Shown here: positions 56,751 to 64,000 of the stretch, piece after piece
How the letters are laid out: each line of letters starts with the position of its first letter
How positions within the stretch are numbered: position 1 is the first letter of the stretch
Assembly: GCF_018350175.1 (NCBI RefSeq)
Contig: NC_058368.1
Span: 234,300,001-234,364,000, forward strand
Length of the DNA stretch: 64,000 nucleotides
Reading direction: 5' to 3'
Source: Felis catus
Lineage: Eukaryota
Translations under genes and position numbers: made by a program
The notes under the pieces: model-generated
Database searches by the model: none
What the model was told of the DNA's origin: nothing
Seen by the model: only the letters and a program-made list of their open reading frames with translations

Positions 56751-58677
56751 CACCTGCCAGACCTGTGCTCAGGATGTTATGCCTCCGAGATTCTTAGAGA
56801 AGCTGGAATTTCCCTTGCAATGTTGTCTCCTGCCGGTCTGTCCTCTAATGAGGGGGAGACGGGGCCGAGGGCACACGGCTCTTGGGCAGGCCCCAACTGC
56901 CCGTTGATGGAAGGGAACAGCTCACTGCTCCCCACCCTAATGAACTCATTAATTTTTCTATTTCTCTAACTGTTCTCCGTTCTCAGCCAAACCCTTGGGG
57001 TGAGTGTTTTGTTCTGTTGCGCAAACTGGGACTTGGGGGTGAGGAGGGGGGTAGGCTGAAGGCACCTCTCGTTGCTAAACCACCGTTTGACTCGGGAGCT
57101 TCTGTAGCTGACATGTGACAACCAGAGATAAGAGGGGCCTCAAAACCCACAGATACGCCACCCCTCCGTCACAGGCCAGGACAAGAGGTGGGAACCACCT
57201 GGGTGTCTGTGCCAAGCAGTCGAAATGGGGTTTACGTTCTCTAACAGATCAGATCAATCTGTGTGTCTGTGGAAAGGTGCCTGGGCTGAGGGGGGGGGGC
57301 GCCAGGCTCGAGGCAGGGAACGAGTTCCTCGGGAAAAGGCAAGGGCACTGGTTGGAGGAGCAGACTCGGCGGAGAGTCTGAGGGGAGAGTCATCAGGCTC
57401 AACTGGGGAGTGAGGCAGAGGGAAGAGCAAAGCATCGGACCCCTTTTGGTGGCCTGAGCAGTTGAGGAAGTCGTCTTCTCCCCAGGTGCAGCGCCGTGCC
57501 GTGCGGGGAGCAGGAGGCGTTCCCTTTTGGAAAGGTCAGGTTTGAGGACAGGTCCCGGAGGCAGCGGGGCACACAAGTGCCGCATTTAGAAGAGAAGCTG
57601 GTCTGCAGAGGCTGCCTGGGCACGAACCGGGCACTGCTGGCCTGTGAGGGGGGGGTGGGTGTGGCGTGAACCCAGGAGCGGGGTGCGGCCGGCCCCAGAG
57701 CGCAGGGCCAAGGTGCCTGCCGTTTGTCTTTGTGAGTTAGCTGCATGGCATTTTAAACCTGTTTAAATTTCCGAGCAGATTCAAGATGTGTGTTGTTATT
57801 TTTCAAGGCCCTATTCAATAAAATATTTGGATAATTACTACACTCGGGAAACTGGCTCACGTCCACCAAGACCTAAAAATAGCGAGTTTGCGGACCTGTG
57901 GATTCTTTTCTCATGACAGCGAGGCCTCCGGGGCCCAGCCAGGAAGTGGGGGGGGGGGCGCAGGGCCCCCTTAGAGGCACAGTCGGAGGCTGGACACGGA
58001 GACGTGCTGGCAGAGAGCTTTCCAGTGAATTCCGTGCCACCAGAAAAACAGATGGAGGCTATGACTGGGCTGTCTCCAGCCCACCAATCGGCTGTTGGTT
58101 GAGAAAAAGTGCTCATCTTAACGTCTCCTTCCTTCTGAATGTGAGGCACAGCAGGACGTTGGCCAGATCCCCGCCCCGGCAAAGGGGGGCCACGTGGCAG
58201 GTGGGAGAAGCAGAAGATGGACCCCGTCTGTGAGAAACACAGGGCAACACCCCAGAAAACGCATGTGCGATCGGGGGAATGCATTTCCGAGGCTGTGAGT
58301 CAGTCGGGGATGCTACAGTGCTTCCTTAACAGATCGGTAGTTGTGAAAAAGGCAGGAGTTTCCCCACCAGCAGAGAAAGGGCACATACCAACGTTTAAGA
58401 AAACGATAGAGGCCAGGACGCCATTCTCTGCCGTTGTCCATTCAACTACATCCTTGAATCGGAGGAGTGTTCAGTTTCAGCCCGACCTCCTTGGGAATCG
58501 GACGGAGCCCTTCAGCCCCAGCCCCACACCTGCCGGCGGGAGGCGCTCGGTACGCATGGGCGACTTAGAGCCTCTGGCACCCTCCCCTGTGATTCACGGA
58601 GGGACAGGGGTGTCCTGAGACCCCTGCATCGCACAGGCAAGCGGCGATTGGGTGTAGGTCTTTTGGAAGCACTTGAG

Positions 58678-58928
58678 AAGCAAACGTATGAAGGGGGAGG
58701 AGGAAGAAGAGAGAGGGAAACAAACTACAAGAGACTCTTAGTGGCGGAGAACAAACTGAGGGTTGATGGAGGGAGGTGGGCTAGATGGGGGGTGAGCACT
58801 GAGGAGGGCACTTGCTGGCATGAGTACTGGGTGTTGTCTGTAAGTGATGAATCACTGAGTTCTATTCCTGAAACCAATACTGCACTGTATGTTAACTAAC
58901 TAAAATTAAAAAAAAAAACTTAAAAAAA
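58678..58928 (+). mobile_element. carnivore L1 3' end (5'-truncated)
   Basis: gagaacaaactgagggttgatggagggagg...actgtatgttaactaactaaaattaaaaaaa. Confidence 0.85.
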
Positions 58929-60171
58929 TCCCAAACTAGCAGGTGATGGATACTGTTCACCTCCAAACGCTCCGGACCGAAGACAGAACAAAGGAGTCTG
59001 AGGACAAAAATGTATCTGAATCTGTGAACATTTCAGGAGTATCCCCTCCAGGCCCAGGGTGCCTGTCGGCCTCTGAACCAGCCACCGTCTACAAGTCCTT
59101 GATAAGAGAGAGGTTTTCACATTGGTTTGGAAAAAGAAGTACTTATTAAGTAAAAACTAAACGACTGGAGTGGGTTGCTTAATTAGTCAAGTAATATTTA
59201 TGAACTCAACAGAATCGCTAATCCGTTGGATTATCTGGGTGCTAAAACTTTCAGAGAAAATGTCAGTTACAGTAAAGGGAAACATTCAATTTATTTAGTC
59301 TTCACCTTTGGCTCAAGCAATATTTCTAAAATTCACTTCCGTTCCTTTTGTGATGGAATTCGTGCTTTCTCATTGGAACACTACATTTTATCATACAGTT
59401 TGAGTTGGCTAAGTTTTTTTTTTTTCTCCTCCAAAGAAGCTGGCTCTTTTTAGGACAATGCTCTCAGCCTATTTTAGAGACACAGAACATAGTACATGCT
59501 TTCCACAGGGCACACAGCTGCTGGAGGGAGATGGGGGAGCCTTGCCCTTGTTCTTTACCACTGATTTCTAAGAACAAGTCAGTGAAACTTGAAGTGTCTT
59601 AGGAAATATACGCATAAATGCTGTAATTATGTTAGTAGTTAATAAAGGCTTGATTGGTGATGGACAGATGAATCCACCTCGTGTCCAAACAATGAAATGA
59701 CAAACCATGGGAGTGTTTTTCAAATTATCTTGGGGGAAGACAGAAAGTACTGTTCCAAAAGCATCTTATTTGCAGAATGCCCAAAGCAAACAAAACATGC
59801 CAGCCAGGCAAAGGCATTTCCAGAATTCGAGATTCGAAAATAGCTGTGAACAATTATTGCCAACACAGGCACATTCTCTACGGTTGGTTTTTAAAAGGTA
59901 GAAAAGTTGAAATTCAACCTGGGACAGCTGAGGACCCAGTCTCCTGATGTTTAAAATGTGATGCCTAATTTCATGGGGAGAAAAAAAATATTTATAGTAA
60001 ATGTAAGCCCAGCACTGGAAAATACGTTCTACATTTGTGAGGTGTTTTTTTTTTCCTTGTATGATTGAATAATTTGAGAGAAAAGCCTGTCCACTGTTTT
60101 CAACTAGTAGGTCATGAAACATAAAACAACAGTTTGATGGGTTAGCATAATATTTTAAGAATGGTGGTCCA

Positions 60172-60295
60172 GGGTGCCTCCCTGGCTTAGTTGGTAGAAC
60201 ATACCGCTCTCGATATCAGGGTCATCGGGTTTGAGCCCCACGTTGGGTGTAGAGATTCCGTTAAAAAAAAATTTAAAGAATAAAAAAAAATAAAA
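60172..60295 (+). mobile_element. short tRNA-derived carnivore SINE (SINEC short form)
   Basis: A-box-like tggcttagttggtagaac, B-box-like gggtttgagcccc, then gttgggtgtagagatt and poly(A); no CT tract. Confidence 0.75.
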
Positions 60296-60399
60296 CAAAG
60301 CCCAAACTTGAAGGCTAATGATCAACCAAAGCAAAGAGAAGAGCTATTTATGGGATACTTTTTCTGTGAGTCATGCTTAGCATTTCCTCCCCCAGTCAA

Positions 60400-62040
60400 A
60401 TACATATATTTCCACCATCTGCCTTTGTATTTTACATTTAAATCTTCAGTGCATTTTGAATTGATTTTCCTATATGATGTGAGATGGGAAATCTAATTTA
60501 CTTCTTTCAAATAATTAGTCATTCCATCCAATATACTATTTCTATGATTATTGAGATAATGACATACTAAATTCTTACAAACACTTGAGCGTGTTTCTGA
60601 AGTTTCTCTCTGCTCTGATCATTATTAGTTTGTCTGTTCCTTGACCAGAAAAATACCATTTTAATTATTAGATTGTAAATTGAGATGTTTAATGTCTGGT
60701 AAGGAAGGGGGAGCTCCCGTCCTCCAAAATTGAATGTTATTTTATAAGAAACAAATTATCATGTTAATTTCAGTAAATGTATTATTGTTCTAGGTAAATC
60801 TTGGAATAATTTTTCAAGGTTAAAAAAAACTAATAGAATTCTATAAATGTAAACACATTAACTATTATGTTTTTAGATTCTATAAATTAGTTCTATTAAA
60901 TCATATTAGGTATATATAAAAATTAATATGTCTTCCAACCCAGAAGAATTTTCTGTGTCTTCCCTTATTCGGGAATTTTGTGTCTCTTAGTAGAATACGA
61001 TTAGCGACTTCACAGAGACTGTGCATTCTTTTTAAGTTTATTGCTACTATCTTTATTCTTTTTATTAAAAATATATAGATGACTTTATTGTTGCATGTCA
61101 GAAGGATATTGATTTCTGTACATTGGATTGCTAACTGGCCCTTCCATTTGAGTTTGTGATTAATTAAAGTAGTTTTAATAGGTTGAATCCGTTGGGCTCT
61201 TCAGGTAGACAATCTGTCTGTAAAGACAGACAACACCGTTTACTACTTTGCAGTATATGCGGCTTCATGTTTTTCTCGTCTTATTTCATTATCTAAAACT
61301 TCAAATCAATGATGAACCAAACCAGTGATGCAGGCGTTTTCCTTAGTCTTGATTTTAATGGGAGTGCTCATATTTTTTAATTGCTAAATATACTTTGATA
61401 GTTTCCTGTAGGTTATTAGATTACTAAGAAAATAGCATTATATTCCTAGTTCTAGAAGCTTTTTTTAAATTTTAGCAATGAATATTATCAAATACCTTTC
61501 TTATATTTATCAAAAGAGCATATAGCCTTTTCCCTTTGACCTATTTATTCATTCAAGAATTATAGAATGGCTGGAGCACCTGGGTGGCTCTGTTGGTTGA
61601 GCATCCGACTTCAGCTCAGGTTATGATCTCAGAGTCCGTGGGTTCAAGCCCCACATCAGGCTCATTGCTATCAGCACAGAGCCCGCTTTGGATCCTCTGT
61701 CCTCCTCCCCTCTCCCCGCCCCCCCCCCATTCACACTTGCTCTCTGTCTCTCAAAAATGAATAAATATCTCCTTAAAAAAAAGAATTATAGAATGGCTTC
61801 ATTTACGTTAAAATTATTTTTACATTCCAGCAATAAGACATACTTTGGGTGGGTTATTACTGGAATAGACCACTAGATGATATACATTAATATTGTATTA
61901 ACGTTTTTGCATCTGAGACGCTTATATAGTTTAAAGAGTGGCATTTGTTCCCTAAAGATTTCATGATAATGATTTGTAAAATTAGGTGGCTACAACAATA
62001 TTACTGAAGACAGATTTTTGATAACTTCCAAAATTTCAAG
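60400..62040 (-). mobile_element. degenerate old L1 ORF2 region, interrupted by a SINE
   Basis: AT-rich, T-biased; ttttacatttaaatcttcagtgcattttgaattgatttt and attgatttctgtacattggatt segments are typical of antisense L1. Confidence 0.6.
61573..61780 (+). mobile_element. CAN/SINEC SINE
   Basis: perfect 18-bp TSD aagaattatagaatggct at 61555-61572 and 61781-61798. Confidence 0.92.
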
Positions 62041-62060
62041 AGCTCTTTCCTGGTTTCCTA

Positions 62061-62270
62061 TTTTTTTTTTCCAATGTTTATTTATTTTTGGGACAGAGAC
62101 AGAGCATGAACGGGGGAGGGGCAGAGAGAGAGGGAGACACAGAATCGGAAACAGGCTCCAGGCTCCGAGCCATCAGCCCAGAGCCCGACGCGGGGTTCGA
62201 ACTCACGGACCGCGAGATCGTGACCTGGCTGAAGTCGGACGCTTAACCGACTGCGCCACCCAGGCGCCCC
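62061..62270 (-). mobile_element. young SINEC_Fc-like SINE without a visible TSD
   Basis: near-identical to the 51721-51950 copy; CpG-rich. Confidence 0.92.
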
Positions 62271-62399
62271 GCGCCTTTTGTTTTTAAGCGCTGCTGTTTG
62301 GTAACTGAAGATTCATTAGAGTCATATATCCATTCTGAACTGTATAACCTAACAGTGTAAAATGGCTTCCTGTGCTCCATTCAGTCCTTTTTGTCTTGT

Positions 62400-62990
62400 A
62401 TGTAAGTCAGCGTTCTATCAGAAGAACAGCGCCACGGTTAGCACGAAGAGAATAAGGAACTTCTCCTAGGAATGAAGGCTTACAGGCACAGGCGGAGCTC
62501 AGTGAGTGGAGGTCTAGAAAGGGAAGGGGAGGATCAGAGAAGCTACGCACCAGCTCCCCTCAAGTGCCAGAGCTGGTGGACATAAGGGAGCTTGCAAGTC
62601 TAGCCTCCAGAGTGGGATCACAGAGGGTGGCGTCTGTGGTGAACTCTATGGAAACTTCTGCCTCAGGGGAGAGCCTGCCTCTGAGTAACCGCCACCTGTG
62701 CAGGTCCACACCAGGTGCCTGGTGGTGGCCTGCAGACAGGGTTGGTTAGCAGGGCCAGCAGTTAGGAGGATGCGTTGGACCCAGAGCAGGGGGGAGTGAA
62801 GAGAGCTGGGGTCTGCCACTCATGTCTGCATTTGCCTGTCATTGTGGCCGACCAGGACAACCTGTTAGGTTTAATGACTTCTGCTTCTAAGGCTTAGGAA
62901 TCCCACCTTCCAAATTTTGCGCATTTCTCCTTTCAACTCTAAACAGAACCATAGAGAAAAGGGGGTTCTGGGAAATGTAGTTTCATCAGG
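62400..62990. mobile_element. old ERVL/MaLR-type LTR remnant
   Basis: begins tgtaagtcagcgttctatcagaag, ends ttctgggaaatgtagtt; family uncertain. Confidence 0.4.
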
Positions 62991-63189
62991 CCTGCACTCA
63001 GTTTATATAATACAAACCAACATACACTGAGTTATAGTTTGTCATTGGTATTTTCGTTTTGATGTATTTTCCCAATATGCTCTGGAGCACGCTTTGATAC
63101 TTGTTTAACTAGATTTTTTTTTCTCTGATTTTAAAATACAAAGTTCTCTAACCAGTTTAAGAGTATTGCAAGAATGTGTAACCGGTATA

Positions 63190-63376
63190 TTATTTTAAAT
63201 GTTTATTTATTTTTGAGGGAGAGCAAGAGAGCACAAGAGAGCATGTGCATGGGGGAGGGGCAGAAAGAGAGTGGCACAGAGCCCGACACAGGGCTTGATC
63301 CCACGAACCATGAGATCATGACCTGAGCCAAAATCAAGAGTCAGACACTTAATCGACTGAGCCACTGAGGCACCCC
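63190..63376 (-). mobile_element. CAN/SINEC SINE
   Basis: flanking duplication aatgtgtaacc. Confidence 0.87.
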
Positions 63377-63379
63377 AAT

Positions 63380-64000
63380 GTGTAACCAATATTAATGTGG
63401 GGAAAATAAAATGATGCAAATATCTAATTAGCACAAAAGAAGGCGTGAAAGAGAAAAAAAGAACATAAAGCAGGGGAATGGAATAAAAGGCAAGTTTAAC
63501 ACAACTCTCGTCACTAACTACATTAAACAGAAACAGTCTAGATATTCCATGAAAAAGATGAAGTCTGCAACTCAAAGCTTTTAAAACCCAACTGTATGCT
63601 GTTTACAAAATCAGACTTTAAATATCAAGACACAGAAAGGTTGAATGTACTAGGATGGAAAATGATATGGCAGGTAAAGCGAACAAAGTTGATATATGTA
63701 TACTGACATCAGACAGGGTCAACTCTAAGGCAAGAGTTGCTAGAGATGAACATCTGAACATGATAAAGGGGTCAGTCTACAAAGAAGATATCACAAATCT
63801 TAATCTATGCAACTAATAACAGAGCTTCAAAATATATGTAAAGCAAAATTGACAAGATATAGAGGATAGAGGAATTCACAATCATAATGGTAGATTTTAA
63901 CACTTTCAAATGTGTTATAAAAAGAAAAAAAAACAAAACTTGAATAACACAAATAGCAAATTTGGCTTAATTGACATATGTAGAATCCTGCACTCTAAAC
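63380..64000 (+). mobile_element. degenerate L1 ORF2 endonuclease-region fragment, running off the window
   Basis: A-rich; ccaactgtatgctgtttacaa..., atgataaaggggtcagtctacaaagaagatatcac..., ataatggtagattttaacac (GDFN-like region). Confidence 0.72.

Noticed and set aside
60172..60260. tRNA gene
   Set aside because: Degenerate A/B boxes followed by SINE-specific sequence and poly(A); no convincing cloverleaf, so it is a tRNA-derived SINE

Overview
Mammalian genomic DNA, almost certainly felid, judged by abundant CAN/SINEC tRNA-derived SINEs of the SINEC_Fc type. It holds one complete protein-coding gene on the minus strand: TENT4A (PAPD7/POLS; non-canonical poly(A)/mixed-tail terminal nucleotidyltransferase). 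I reconstructed 13 coding exons by hand with GT-AG boundaries and consistent phases: 2388 nt, 795 aa plus TAA, from ATG 46907 to stop 2606-2608. The gene has a 26.4 kb first intron, a ~2.1 kb 3' UTR with two AATAAA signals, and a CpG-island promoter at ~46.0-48.2 kb. The rest is intronic or intergenic DNA with SINEs, L1/L2 fragments, MaLR LTRs, hAT DNA-transposon remnants and microsatellites. Nearly all ORFs in the supplied track are GC-rich or repeat-derived noise. I found no evidence of a new multi-gene system, CRISPR array or foreign insert. The most interesting observations are regulatory hypotheses about TENT4A (alternative starts/uORFs, a candidate poison exon, alternative acceptors, tandem poly(A) sites, inverted SINE pairs) and retrotransposon structures (5'-inverted L1, nested SINE, TSD-less young SINE). 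Repeat family names are from recognition by eye, not a RepeatMasker run.
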